Shown: positions 18,664 to 29,003, counted from the stretch's first letter. The stretch is DNA of 64,000 bases from Nitrospirales bacterium (GCA_965223295.1 CBDCWC010000003.1:1-64000); one strand, 5' to 3'. The notes: generated from the letters alone by a model not told the origin. Translations and numbers: made by a program.

Positions 18664-20043
18664 ATGAAGGAAATTGAGCGAGTCCTGCTACCTAAACAAG
18701 AGCTCTTGCTCATCGCAGCCAAACGCCTACTCAATCGGCAAGCCATCCGCCACCTCACCAATATGTTAGGCCGTCTGCATTCAGCCGAAATCGCCCATAT
18801 CATTCAGCAGTTAGAGTACCCTGAGGAAAAACGAACCGTTTTTGATTGTTTGCCAAACGATGAGGCTCGTGGAGAAGTGCTCAGCGAGATCGACCCAGAC
18901 ACTGGCTCACAAGTCGTCATGAATCTTTCTTTTTCCCGAGTGGCCGATATCCTTCGCTGGCTGGGGCCCGATGACGCAGCTGCCATTCTCAGAAATTTCC
19001 CGGAAGAACAACAAGCACAGATTCTGTCTTTAATGAATCGGGAAGACTCGACGGAAGTCAGAGATGTTTTGCAATACGAAGAAGGCACCGCTGGAAGCAT
19101 CATGACAACGGAAGTGTTTTACCTCCCCGAGGACGCCGCCGTTAGCGAAGCCATTCACCGGCTCCAGGAAGCCCCAGAAGCTGAGACTGTTTTTTATATC
19201 TATGTGACCGACAAGGATGAACACTTAACCGGAGTCCTATCCTTACGTCATTTGCTCACGGTTCCTAGCACCTCCACTCTTGAAAGCATCATGACACGAA
19301 AAACGATCACCGTGACCCCCGAGAAGGATCAAGAAGAAGTCGCTCGCCTTGTGGCAGCCTACAACTTATTGGCAGTCCCGGTGGTTGGTCATGATAAAAC
19401 TTTGCTTGGAATCATTACAGTCGACGATGTGATTGACGTGATCCGTGATGAAGCGACCGAAGATATGCTCAAAATGGCAGGAGCCCCAGAAGAGGGAGCG
19501 TCCCTTCATTCCTCAATTCCTCAAGCCACGGTTGCCAGATTCCCCTGGCTCTTCGCCAATCTGCTCGGGACCTTCATGTCCGGAGGACTACTGTGGTACT
19601 TTCGATTCACCTTGCAAGAAGTGGTAGCCCTGGTGAGTTTTATTCCTGTCATATCGGCCATGGGTGGAAATGTTGGACTGCAAACGTCCATGTTGGTGAT
19701 CCGCGGGTTAGCGACGGGGCAGATTAGCCAGCGAGATCTTTCACGAGTGTGGTTGCATGAGTTAGGGATTGGATTATTTCTGGGCTTACTGTCGGGCTCG
19801 TTGGTCATGACAGTCGGCTGGCTATGGCATCAGGACTATATGCTGGGGTTAGTGGTCGGCATCTCGCTCCTGTTGGCCTTTCTCGTATCGACCAGCCTCG
19901 CTTCATTAATTCCCATCTTGTTTTATCGAATCAAGATGGATCCAGCCATCGCCGCTGGCCCCCTTGTGTCTACCACCATGGATATCGTGGGCATAGCAAT
20001 CTATCTCACTTTGACCACAACCCTCCTAGTCTACCTAGTCTAG
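18664..20043 (+). CDS. mgtE: Magnesium transporter MgtE
   Basis: MgtE_N, CBS pair (TAGSIMT, LLGIITVDD), RFPWL, GGNVGLQ, DPAIAAGPLVSTTMD. Confidence 0.95.
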   Translation: MKEIERVLLPKQELLLIAAKRLLNRQAIRHLTNMLGRLHSAEIAHIIQQLEYPEEKRTVFDCLPNDEARGEVLSEIDPDTGSQVVMNLSFSRVADILRWLGPDDAAAILRNFPEEQQAQILSLMNREDSTEVRDVLQYEEGTAGSIMTTEVFYLPEDAAVSEAIHRLQEAPEAETVFYIYVTDKDEHLTGVLSLRHLLTVPSTSTLESIMTRKTITVTPEKDQEEVARLVAAYNLLAVPVVGHDKTLLGIITVDDVIDVIRDEATEDMLKMAGAPEEGASLHSSIPQATVARFPWLFANLLGTFMSGGLLWYFRFTLQEVVALVSFIPVISAMGGNVGLQTSMLVIRGLATGQISQRDLSRVWLHELGIGLFLGLLSGSLVMTVGWLWHQDYMLGLVVGISLLLAFLVSTSLASLIPILFYRIKMDPAIAAGPLVSTTMDIVGIAIYLTLTTTLLVYLV

Positions 20044-20135
20044 TTACTAGAAAATACGTTAACGAAGCCTCATGATTGTTCATCGACTCCAGTGGGTGGC
20101 CAAACAAAGCTGAGACTCGTGGAGAACTGGGTTTC

Positions 20136-20217
20136 TGTCATTCCCGACATCTTTTAACCGGGAATTCAGGTTCTGTCTTTTTCGGATGGATCCCCGCCAA
20201 AAACTGCGGGGATGACA
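20136..20217. repeat. REP-like palindromic element
   Basis: TGTCATTCCCG..CGGGAATTCA..TGGATCCCCGC..GCGGGGATGACA nested inverted repeats. Confidence 0.65.
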
Positions 20218-20415
20218 CCCGGGTTCTGAACCCCTCGCACACCTTCCTGACCACTCGCATTGTGGTAGAGGGACATCCATTCTGTTGGGTTCATTCTGAA
20301 GCCATGTCTTAGAGGTTCGCTGAAGTCGTAAAATTTCACACTTTTTCGCACTTTCTTGTTCTATAATGAATGCTTTTGCCAATTTGATAGGTTCAAAATG
20401 CCTGAGAGATAACAA

Positions 20416-21930
20416 ATGTCCGATAAGTCTCCAGATCGCAGTGCAGATCGGTCCCCTCCAGCACCAAACGACTTGCTCTGGCAGGGAACCATTCGCCAAA
20501 TCAATGAGAAAGACATCACATTCCAAATCCCGTCGCGTTTTCAAATCCCCGAAAATATTGGCGTTCTCATTTCCCCACGGATATTCACCTCTACCTACTA
20601 TGATTCGGAACAACATCGACTTGGGCGACTGTGGCTAACCCTTCGAAAACGAGTTGAATGCGGGCGCGGAGTTTGGCAATTAACCATCCCTAGTGGAGAG
20701 CATCGGATCCAACTGGAAGTGCCATCTGGGAGCCGACGCATTCCTGATCAATTCCTTGACCTGTTACTGGCCTTCTTTCGAGCCCAGGACCCCATTCAAT
20801 TGGGAAAACTTCGAACCTGGAGAACCGGGAGACTTCTCCAGGAAGAAGGCAAGTTCGTTGCCGAAATAACATTGGATTCAGTGGCGCTCCTACGAGAAAA
20901 TAAGATTGCTTCTCGGTTCCAAGAAATGGCACTCGAACTCAATGAAGGAAAGGGTGGCCACCTGGCGTCTATTCAAAAGATCTTGAAGAAAGCTGGTGCA
21001 AAACAACAACCATTACCACAACCTAAAATTTCTCAGGCGCTACAACTCCCGTATCCTTTAGCCGATCCACAAGTCGAGCCAGCCTCGCCACCTGTGGAGC
21101 ATATCCGTGCACGACTCCAAACTCAAATCTCACAAATTCTCCTCCATGACCCTGGTACCCGGTTAGGCCGAAATAGTGAGGCCCTCCATCAAATGCGAGT
21201 TGCCACTCGTCGCATTCGAGCATTGTTCCGTACCGTTCGTACCGTTCTCGAACCAGAATGGACGAAAAAGATGACGCAGGAAGTCAGATGGATTGGCGCA
21301 CTGTTAGGAGAAGTCCGAGATTGGGATGTCTTACTGGAGTCTTTACAGAAAGAATATTTCCATCTGCATTCACAGGAAGAACGGGGCTTTCGCCTGATTG
21401 TCAGCACCTTTCAAGACGAACGCGCCCTAGCGCGAAGTCGCCTCATAGACGGATTACGAAGCAACCGTTACCTTGATCTCTTAAATACGCTGGAAGGTTC
21501 TGTGACGCGTTTGCCATTTCAGTCAGATCAGCCCCACATGTCTAATCTCGCACGAAAAGCCTTTGCCAAGCTAGAGAAATGCGTGGAATCCTCCCAAGGC
21601 CATTTCCCCAAACAAGAGTTGCATCACACCCGCATATTGGTTAAACGAGCGCGTTACACGATCGAATTGGCCGAACCGTTTCTCGGAAAGCGGGCTACGC
21701 ATTTTCTTCGGCAAGCGAAGACCTTACAGGGAGAATTGGGAGACCACCAGGATGCCTTTATCGCCGAACAACGGCTTCTGTCGGACCATAGTTTCTCACG
21801 GAGACCAAGCGTGGCCTTTGTCAAAGGCCTCCTCGTTGAACGATTTCGAAATCGGCAACGAACCGCACGTCATCGCCTTCACTCACTATGGCAAAAGCTT
21901 CGAAAATGCGGAAAAAAACTATCCGCATAG
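20416..21930 (+). CDS. CYTH + CHAD domain protein (polyphosphate-binding)
   Basis: STYYDSEQHRL..LTLRKR; CHAD motifs EALHQMRVATRRIRA, LGEVRDWDV, LHHTRILVKRARY, LGDHQD. Confidence 0.9.
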   Translation: MSDKSPDRSADRSPPAPNDLLWQGTIRQINEKDITFQIPSRFQIPENIGVLISPRIFTSTYYDSEQHRLGRLWLTLRKRVECGRGVWQLTIPSGEHRIQLEVPSGSRRIPDQFLDLLLAFFRAQDPIQLGKLRTWRTGRLLQEEGKFVAEITLDSVALLRENKIASRFQEMALELNEGKGGHLASIQKILKKAGAKQQPLPQPKISQALQLPYPLADPQVEPASPPVEHIRARLQTQISQILLHDPGTRLGRNSEALHQMRVATRRIRALFRTVRTVLEPEWTKKMTQEVRWIGALLGEVRDWDVLLESLQKEYFHLHSQEERGFRLIVSTFQDERALARSRLIDGLRSNRYLDLLNTLEGSVTRLPFQSDQPHMSNLARKAFAKLEKCVESSQGHFPKQELHHTRILVKRARYTIELAEPFLGKRATHFLRQAKTLQGELGDHQDAFIAEQRLLSDHSFSRRPSVAFVKGLLVERFRNRQRTARHRLHSLWQKLRKCGKKLSA

Positions 21931-22228
21931 GCAAGAGCCCATTTGGTCTTTTTCATCGTTTTCTGACGAACCCACCTACAAGTTTAGGCATCACTGATAG
22001 CTATTGGCTTTATTGATTTCTACAATTACACTATGGAGTTGTAAAAATAACGTGACAGAGTACATATCCGCGTTCTCCTGTACAAGAGTCTTACCGTCTG
22101 ATAGCTCTTCAAAGAATCGAAGATTTACTGGGGAACCTAGTAAATGTATGCTCGTGCAAAACTTCGCCAAGTCGTTCAAGATTGCAGTCTTATTCATCAA
22201 CTCGTTGCAAGCATTAAGAGGTAATGAG

Positions 22229-23938
22229 ATGAAAGTGATTGCCCTATCAGTATTTGCGCTCTTGCTATCCACTGTCCCGATTGCCCATGCCAAGGATGGG
22301 GCTCAACTTTTGCCTCACCTTGCCGCTGCCGGAGATGTCACACAGCACAGTGTCGTCCTCTGGGCACGGGCAACCCGCCCTGGCCCAGTAATCTTTCAAT
22401 TGCGAACGAAGGGTCGCACTCCCAGAAAACCTCGCAAAGCCCAACGGCAGACCAAGGTCATACGCATAGATGACCCATCAACACCGGCAAAGGTGTTATT
22501 TACCGGTCTTCAGCCCAACACCACTTATCTTTATACAGTTAAACAGCCGAGGAAAAGGAGGGTTGCCTCTGGACAATTCCGCACTCCAGCAGCATTAGGA
22601 CAGCAGCGAGGGCTACGATTTGGCGTGACTGGTGATTCGCGTGGCGAATTGGCTCCCTACCCGTCCATTCGCAATGCCGCTAGGAAGAATCTCGATTTTT
22701 TTATCAACCTTGGCGATACAATTTATGCGGACTTCCCTTCACCTGCCGTTCCTAAACCACAAGCAGAAACACTGGAAGAATTTCGAACCAAATACCAAGA
22801 AGTGCTTTCCTTCCGGTCAGGTCTGAACTCGTTTGCGGAGCTCCGTGCTTCAACAGCCTGGTTTTCGACCATTGACGACCATGAGGTCACCAACGATTTT
22901 TCAGGAGGCGCTCATCCAGATACCGATCCCCGATTTGAGTGGGATGGCGAAGATTATATCAATGAAACCAGACTCTACAATCTGGGGATACAGACCTTTC
23001 AGGAATATAATCCTCTTCAAGAAGAACGATACGGCAACACCGGTGATCCTCGAACGACAGGAAAGGTTAAGCTCTATCGCACACGCACGTTTGGTGGCGA
23101 CGCCGCAATCTTTATTCTTGACGCACGATCGTTCCGTGACCAAGAGTTACCGCCAGTCCTAGACCCGTTTGATCAAACCGCGATCACCACCTTTCTCGTC
23201 AATGCCTTCGATTCCACACGAACGATGTTAGGCCGCATCCAAGTCGAAGATTTAAAACGTGACATCTTAGAGGCTCATCGAGCAGGCGTGACATGGAAAT
23301 TCGTGCTTGTCCCCGAACCCATTCAAAACCTTGGCGTCGGAGCCGCATCAGACCGGTTTGAAGGGTATGCTGCAGAACGAAACGAAATCCTGCAATTTAT
23401 TGATAAAGAAACGATCAGCAATGTTGCCTTCATCGCAGCCGACATCCATGGGACCTTGATCAATAATCTTACCTTTCAAAGCAGCCCTTTTGGCCAACAG
23501 GTTCCATTGAACGCGTTCGAAGTAACAACTGGCTCGTCAGCCTTCGATCCGCCGTTCGGACCGTTCGCTGTTGCTTTTGCAAGAGCAGTAGGCATATTGA
23601 CTCCTGAACAACAGGCTTTCTATCAATCACTGCCTAGAATCGGCAAAGATCGCTTCGTACAGGATCTCGTCAATTCTCAAGTGTTGCCTCTGGGATACGA
23701 TCCCATTGGACTCGATGGCGCACCAATCAATGCGGAACTCCTTCAAGGAAGCTATACTGCTGTTCACACCTTTGGTTGGACGGAATTTGATATCGAGGCC
23801 ACTTCACAAACCCTCACCGTCACCACCTATGGGATTGATTCCTACACACGAGAGGATCTCGACGAAAGGCCTAATACCATTCTTTCGCGCCAACCGGAAA
23901 TCGTGAGTCAATTTCAAGTCACGCCACAGATTCACTGA
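22229..23938 (+). CDS. phoD: Alkaline phosphatase D family protein (second copy)
   Basis: Signal peptide; GDVTQHSVVLWAR, GDTIYAD, DDHEV, LDARSFRD, ADIH. Confidence 0.92.
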   Translation: MKVIALSVFALLLSTVPIAHAKDGAQLLPHLAAAGDVTQHSVVLWARATRPGPVIFQLRTKGRTPRKPRKAQRQTKVIRIDDPSTPAKVLFTGLQPNTTYLYTVKQPRKRRVASGQFRTPAALGQQRGLRFGVTGDSRGELAPYPSIRNAARKNLDFFINLGDTIYADFPSPAVPKPQAETLEEFRTKYQEVLSFRSGLNSFAELRASTAWFSTIDDHEVTNDFSGGAHPDTDPRFEWDGEDYINETRLYNLGIQTFQEYNPLQEERYGNTGDPRTTGKVKLYRTRTFGGDAAIFILDARSFRDQELPPVLDPFDQTAITTFLVNAFDSTRTMLGRIQVEDLKRDILEAHRAGVTWKFVLVPEPIQNLGVGAASDRFEGYAAERNEILQFIDKETISNVAFIAADIHGTLINNLTFQSSPFGQQVPLNAFEVTTGSSAFDPPFGPFAVAFARAVGILTPEQQAFYQSLPRIGKDRFVQDLVNSQVLPLGYDPIGLDGAPINAELLQGSYTAVHTFGWTEFDIEATSQTLTVTTYGIDSYTREDLDERPNTILSRQPEIVSQFQVTPQIH

Positions 23939-24273
23939 TGATATCAATCCAAAGAGCTCTCTACGTCATTTCTTATACAAACAACAAGGGAACGACAGGT
24001 GACAATTCCACTTAATGCTTGAAAAAAAGGAAAAACGTCTACTCCAACCCGTTTTAGACTGCCATAACTACCTTTCTCCTCTGGGCACGTTTTTCCCTCC
24101 TCAAAGTTGCCAATATCGCATAACATGAAAATCTTCATGACACGAAAAATTTCACACTTTTGTGAATGAAAGATTGGATAGTATGACCCGGTTATGAGAG
24201 TTTTTTGCTAACACTGTTTATTTGATATACTGAAGAGACGTCAACTTCTAAAGGCACCACCTAGAGAACTGTC

Positions 24274-26436
24274 ATGCCGACTCAGCAAGAAACACCAACG
24301 CAGCCCACCCAAGATAACCTGAAAATCATTCAAAACCTTGATGACCCAAAACTGTATCTGAACCGTGAGCTCAGTTGGCTTGAATTTAATAAACGCGTAC
24401 TGGAAGAAGCTGAAGACCCCAGCAATCCATTGTTGGAGCGCGTTAAATTTTTAGCCATCTTCTTCACCAATCTCGATGAATTTTTCATGATTCGGATTTC
24501 TGGTCTCAGAGAACAATTATCTAGTGGCGTTCAAGAGGCTTCAATAGATGGAACAAGCCCTTCTGAACAATTAGGGAAAATTCGAGATGTGTTGCTCGAC
24601 AGCTTCGAACGTGTCCTACGATGTTGGAAGCAAGAATTGCTACCAAACCTCTCAGAAGCTGGAATCTGCATTCTGTCTTATAAAGATGTAAAACCTAAAC
24701 AGCGTTCCTTGCTACGTCGCTATTTCCGCAAAGAAATCTTTCCCGCATTGACTCCGCTGGCCTTTGATCCCAGCCACCCCTTTCCGCATATTTCCAACTT
24801 GACCCTTAATCTGGCCGTGGTCGCCAAAGATCCACAACGGGGAGAGTGCTTTGCTCGCATCAAAGTACCGGCCTTGTTTCCCAGACTTGTCAGAATTCCT
24901 GATGAACATCAGGTGGCAGAGGATCAATCACTAGGAATCGGGAGCGGACAGGAAGCCACAAATTTTGTATGGCTCGAAGATATCATTTCTGCCAACTTAG
25001 ACATGTTGTTTCCAGGAATTACCGTCCAAGCTGCGTACTATTTCCGTATTACGAGGGATGCTGATTTTGAAATAGAGGAAGATGAAGCTGGAGATCTCCT
25101 TGCCGCCATTGAGGAACAAATTGACTTACGGCAGTATGGATCGGTCGTCCGACTAGAGTTAGATCAACGAACCCCAGATTTCATCAAAGATATTCTAGTC
25201 CGCAATCTGACACTCGCACCCTATCAAGTCTATACCTACGACTTTCGTCTGGGCCTCTCAAATCTTATGGAGTTAGTTGGCATTGAACGAGCTGACTTGA
25301 AATACCCCCCTCTCCACCCCACCATGTTAACTGAACCAGGAGTCAAGGACTCGTTATTTTCCCTTATCAAAAAGGAAGATATTCTTCTCCATCACCCCTA
25401 CGACAGCTTCACTCCTGTTGTGGATTTCATTCGGCAAGCCGCCGAAGATCCTCATGTGTTAGCGATCAAACAGACGCTCTACCGTGTTGGCTCCAATTCG
25501 CCAATCGTGGCAGCCTTAATGGAAGCTCGGCAAAACGGCAAACAAGTCGCGGTCTTGCTCGAACTCAAAGCACGATTTGATGAAGAGAATAATATTGAAT
25601 GGGCCAGAAAGTTAGAAGATGAAGGCGTCCACGTTGTGTACGGAGTCCTGGGCTTAAAAACTCATGCCAAAGTCTGCATGGTCGTGCGACGCGAACCAGA
25701 GGGTATCTGTCGCTATCTTCATTTAGGCACAGGCAATTACAACCCCACCACGAGCCGAATCTATACCGATCTGAGTTTTTTTACGGCTGATCCCGTGATC
25801 GGAGAAGATGTGACTGATCTCTTTAATGCCTTGACGGGGTATGCAAAAAAAGACAGCTACGACAAATTATTAGTCGCTCCTGGAGGAATTCGCGAAGAAT
25901 TGATTATGCGAATCAATCGAGAAACAACCCGCCATCAACAACACAACGATGGGCATTTGATTTTCAAGATGAATTCGCTGGTGGACAAGGCCTGCATACA
26001 AGCCTTATATCAAGCTTCTCAAGCAGGCGTAAAAATTGATCTCTTGGTACGAGGCATGTGTGGAATTCGTCCTGGCATACCAGGTCTCAGCGAAACCATT
26101 ACCGTCACGTCTCACGTTGGTCGTTTCCTCGAACATTCACGCTGTTATTTTTTCCATCATGGAGGAGCGAATGAATTCTTTATCGGAAGTGCTGACCTTA
26201 TGGCCAGAAACTTAGATCGCCGAGTAGAAATATTATTTCCCATCGAAAACCCAAAACTTTCTAACTTTATACTGGAATCGATCCTAACCCCGTATCTCAA
26301 GGACAACACCCAAGGACGACGTCTGAACGCTGATGGCAGTTATACCCGGATCACACCCGCCCAACACGCTTCTCCCTTCCATGTCCAAAATTGGTTCATT
26401 GCACAGGGAAAGGAAGCCAGGTCTTCCGTGAGCTAA
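24274..26436 (+). CDS. ppk1: Polyphosphate kinase 1
   Basis: NRELSWLEFNKRVL, LHHPYDSF, ELKARFDEENNI, KTHAK, GRFLEHSR, RNLDRRVE. Confidence 0.97.
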   Translation: MPTQQETPTQPTQDNLKIIQNLDDPKLYLNRELSWLEFNKRVLEEAEDPSNPLLERVKFLAIFFTNLDEFFMIRISGLREQLSSGVQEASIDGTSPSEQLGKIRDVLLDSFERVLRCWKQELLPNLSEAGICILSYKDVKPKQRSLLRRYFRKEIFPALTPLAFDPSHPFPHISNLTLNLAVVAKDPQRGECFARIKVPALFPRLVRIPDEHQVAEDQSLGIGSGQEATNFVWLEDIISANLDMLFPGITVQAAYYFRITRDADFEIEEDEAGDLLAAIEEQIDLRQYGSVVRLELDQRTPDFIKDILVRNLTLAPYQVYTYDFRLGLSNLMELVGIERADLKYPPLHPTMLTEPGVKDSLFSLIKKEDILLHHPYDSFTPVVDFIRQAAEDPHVLAIKQTLYRVGSNSPIVAALMEARQNGKQVAVLLELKARFDEENNIEWARKLEDEGVHVVYGVLGLKTHAKVCMVVRREPEGICRYLHLGTGNYNPTTSRIYTDLSFFTADPVIGEDVTDLFNALTGYAKKDSYDKLLVAPGGIREELIMRINRETTRHQQHNDGHLIFKMNSLVDKACIQALYQASQAGVKIDLLVRGMCGIRPGIPGLSETITVTSHVGRFLEHSRCYFFHHGGANEFFIGSADLMARNLDRRVEILFPIENPKLSNFILESILTPYLKDNTQGRRLNADGSYTRITPAQHASPFHVQNWFIAQGKEARSSVS

Positions 26437-26481
26437 CCTTCTGCAACTCACGAAGTTACTCTCGTTCTAAACCCTTCCTTA

Positions 26482-26525
26482 TTAGGGGTCAGACTCGAAT
26501 TAATTAATTCGAGTCTGACCCCTAA
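26482..26525. repeat. Perfect 44-bp palindrome (REP-like, possible terminator between convergent genes)
   Basis: TTAGGGGTCAGACTCGAATTAA|TTAATTCGAGTCTGACCCCTAA. Confidence 0.85.
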
Positions 26526-26546
26526 CACAAGGAATCTCTAGAGGGA

Positions 26547-28679
26547 TCAAGGGGCAACCACTTGAAAGAGATTACTGTAGTCATCGGTCCACAGGATTTC
26601 TTGAGAGGTTGTCCATGGTCGGACCCGGAAATTCACGAAGGGATCTTTGAGGAATGTCTCGTTGCTCGTCACAAGCACCCACTCACTAACGTCATTTCCT
26701 TTCTCTCGGTTACCAGCATCTGTGATCCACAAAGCCTTTTTGTCGACATCATGTGCCAAAGCCTGAACAACGGGAGCAAGATCAAAGTGACGGTTCGTGA
26801 GATGGAAAGCCAAAATCCCGTCAGAGCGTAGATGTTTCCAATATAAAGCAAACGCTTCCCGCGTCAGAAGATGCACAGGAATACCATCCCCACTAAAGGC
26901 ATCGATGGCTAAAATGTCCAATGGCTGCTGATGTGTATCTGCCAATTCCCGCTCAAGAGAAACGCGACCATCTCCCAGCACAACCTGATAGACACCCTTC
27001 GCATCTTCAAGATACGTAAAATACTCACGAGCGATATCTCTGACGTCCGAATTAATTTCGTAAAAACGATACGTATCACCAGGCTTGGAGTAAGCCGCAA
27101 TTGTTCCAACCCCCAACCCAATAATACCCACGTGCATACTTCCTTCTGGCGCTTTATCTCCTAACCTATTTAGTTTCACCCGCTCAGGATGACGTCCAAT
27201 GGCAACGCTAATTCCACTAAACGGACCATAGTAAGCCGTCGGGTACGAACGCATCTGCGGAGTTAAGAACTGCCGACCATGGGAAATACGCCCGTGATAG
27301 AGAAAACGAGTGGCGACCTCAGTCCCGGGGTCCGTCTCAGTCACACGGAGGACGCCATAAAAGTTTCGCATGGTCAGAACGTTTTCTTCCTGCTGTTCGA
27401 GAACATGCAACCCCAAAAATCCTGTCAGCACGGCTATACCCACAACCCAGAAAGTAGTCCCTATCCACCGCAGGTGTGGAGAACAAAACCCATAGCTCGT
27501 TCTGTAGATGCAGACTCCTAAGAGCATCATCGTGGCGACAAGCCCAAAGTGAAATTCCCAGTAGCCTTTAAACAAGAGTGGAGCAAGGAGGTTAACGAAT
27601 ACACCGCCTAATGCTCCCCCCATTGCCACGAGCAGATAAAACGAGGTGAGATAACTGGCATGTGGTTTCAATCGAACCAGTTCTCCATGACATACCATGC
27701 AACAAGCCAAGAGAGTCGTCGAATAGATAACAATTTGGAGGTATAAATGTATCTCAATGTCTGCATAATCCTGAAGCAAGAGATAGACTGCCCCAGAAAC
27801 AAGGACAAAAAATACTGGGACCCAGACCTTTCGGTTGTACCATCGTGGATGATCGAAGCACAGAATAAAGGAGATCAGGTAAAGACTGAGCGGCAGAACC
27901 CACAGAAACGGGATCACCGCAACATCTCTGCAGATTTGATTGGTGGTGGCGAGAAGAATCACTGATCCACAGGCTGCAAGAGCAAGCGTAAGAAAGCGTT
28001 CCGAGAGATGAAATTCTCGACCTGGAGCAGACTCCATATTTTCGGAATCACCATGCCAAGTCACAATTCGAATCACAGACATCGCGCCCCAGCCACATAT
28101 GAGCGCATACAAGATATATCCTGCCGACCAAAAGCCAGACTGCATGGTCAATCCCAGTTGCGGTTCTATGAAAAATGGATAGGAAACTAGACCCAGGAGC
28201 GAGCCAAGGTTCGATAACGCATAAAGTCGATACGGAGACAAGGTAGGATGAACACGATTAAACCAATGTTGAAGAAGCGGCCCGGAAGCCGCCACCAGTA
28301 GGAACGGGACTCCTATGGTCACCACAAGGAGCAGAACAATCACCACCATTGGATTCTCATCGCTATCCGGCTTCCATTCCTCTCCAGGGGTAATTGGGAG
28401 AAAAACCAGAGAACAGGCCAACAGAGTCAGATGCATGAACACCTGATGCCGGGGAGAGAAATGGCGCACGAGAACGTGTGCGTATGCATACCCACCAAGA
28501 AGAAGAACTTGGAAAACAAGCATGCAGGTGGTCCAGACCGCCGGAGTTCCGCCAAACCAAGGAAGGATGTGTCGAGCAATGATTGGTTCGACTTGAAAAA
28601 GCAAAAACGCACTGAGAAAGATCGCCAAGGCAAAGGGGAATACTGACCGTTTAGATTTTTGGAGCGCTGGTGCAGTCAT
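26547..28679 (-). CDS. Fused membrane domain / spermidine synthase-like SAM-dependent protein
   Basis: Many TM helices (PWFGGTPAVWTTC), then GLGVGT, FYEIN, GDGR, IDAFSGD..PVHLLTREA, WTDDYSNL. Confidence 0.85.
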   Translation of the reverse strand: MTAPALQKSKRSVFPFALAIFLSAFLLFQVEPIIARHILPWFGGTPAVWTTCMLVFQVLLLGGYAYAHVLVRHFSPRHQVFMHLTLLACSLVFLPITPGEEWKPDSDENPMVVIVLLLVVTIGVPFLLVAASGPLLQHWFNRVHPTLSPYRLYALSNLGSLLGLVSYPFFIEPQLGLTMQSGFWSAGYILYALICGWGAMSVIRIVTWHGDSENMESAPGREFHLSERFLTLALAACGSVILLATTNQICRDVAVIPFLWVLPLSLYLISFILCFDHPRWYNRKVWVPVFFVLVSGAVYLLLQDYADIEIHLYLQIVIYSTTLLACCMVCHGELVRLKPHASYLTSFYLLVAMGGALGGVFVNLLAPLLFKGYWEFHFGLVATMMLLGVCIYRTSYGFCSPHLRWIGTTFWVVGIAVLTGFLGLHVLEQQEENVLTMRNFYGVLRVTETDPGTEVATRFLYHGRISHGRQFLTPQMRSYPTAYYGPFSGISVAIGRHPERVKLNRLGDKAPEGSMHVGIIGLGVGTIAAYSKPGDTYRFYEINSDVRDIAREYFTYLEDAKGVYQVVLGDGRVSLERELADTHQQPLDILAIDAFSGDGIPVHLLTREAFALYWKHLRSDGILAFHLTNRHFDLAPVVQALAHDVDKKALWITDAGNREKGNDVSEWVLVTSNETFLKDPFVNFRVRPWTTSQEILWTDDYSNLFQVVAP

Positions 28680-28686
28680 CGTGTTT

Positions 28687-28880
28687 GGAAGTGTTGAATA
28701 ATAATGACGATATCAAGAGTCATATTTCGCCAAGAAGCCGAGGGCGATCAAAAGGTTCGGGGCGGTTCAAAAAAGGCTGTCCAGCAAGGCCGCAGCCATT
28801 TTTGCGCGCGGAGCGTCCTGGCATGACGTGAGCACGGAAAAATGGGGAGAACGCTGCTGGCAGCTTTTTTCAACAGCCCC
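28687..28880 (+). mobile_element. MITE-like repeat, copy 2
   Basis: Ends GGAAGTGTTGAATAA / TTTTTCAACAGCCCC; core TCCAGCAAGGCCGCAGCCATTTTTGCGCGCGGAGCGT identical to copy at 56204. Confidence 0.75.
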
Positions 28881-29003
28881 TGTTTGTGAATTCTACGACT
28901 AGCCACAAGGCTTCTCTCGGAGAGTCAATTTTACTGAATGCAGTGGGGTAGTCTGAGAATTGATGAATTTTTAGGAGGGAGAGAAGTTATGCGAAGCTTT
29001 TCT

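Noticed and set aside
20080-20638. ORFs 20080-20616 (-), 20076-20312 (+), 20366-20638 (+)
   Set aside because: Overlap a REP-like element and the CYTH-CHAD gene; shadow ORFs
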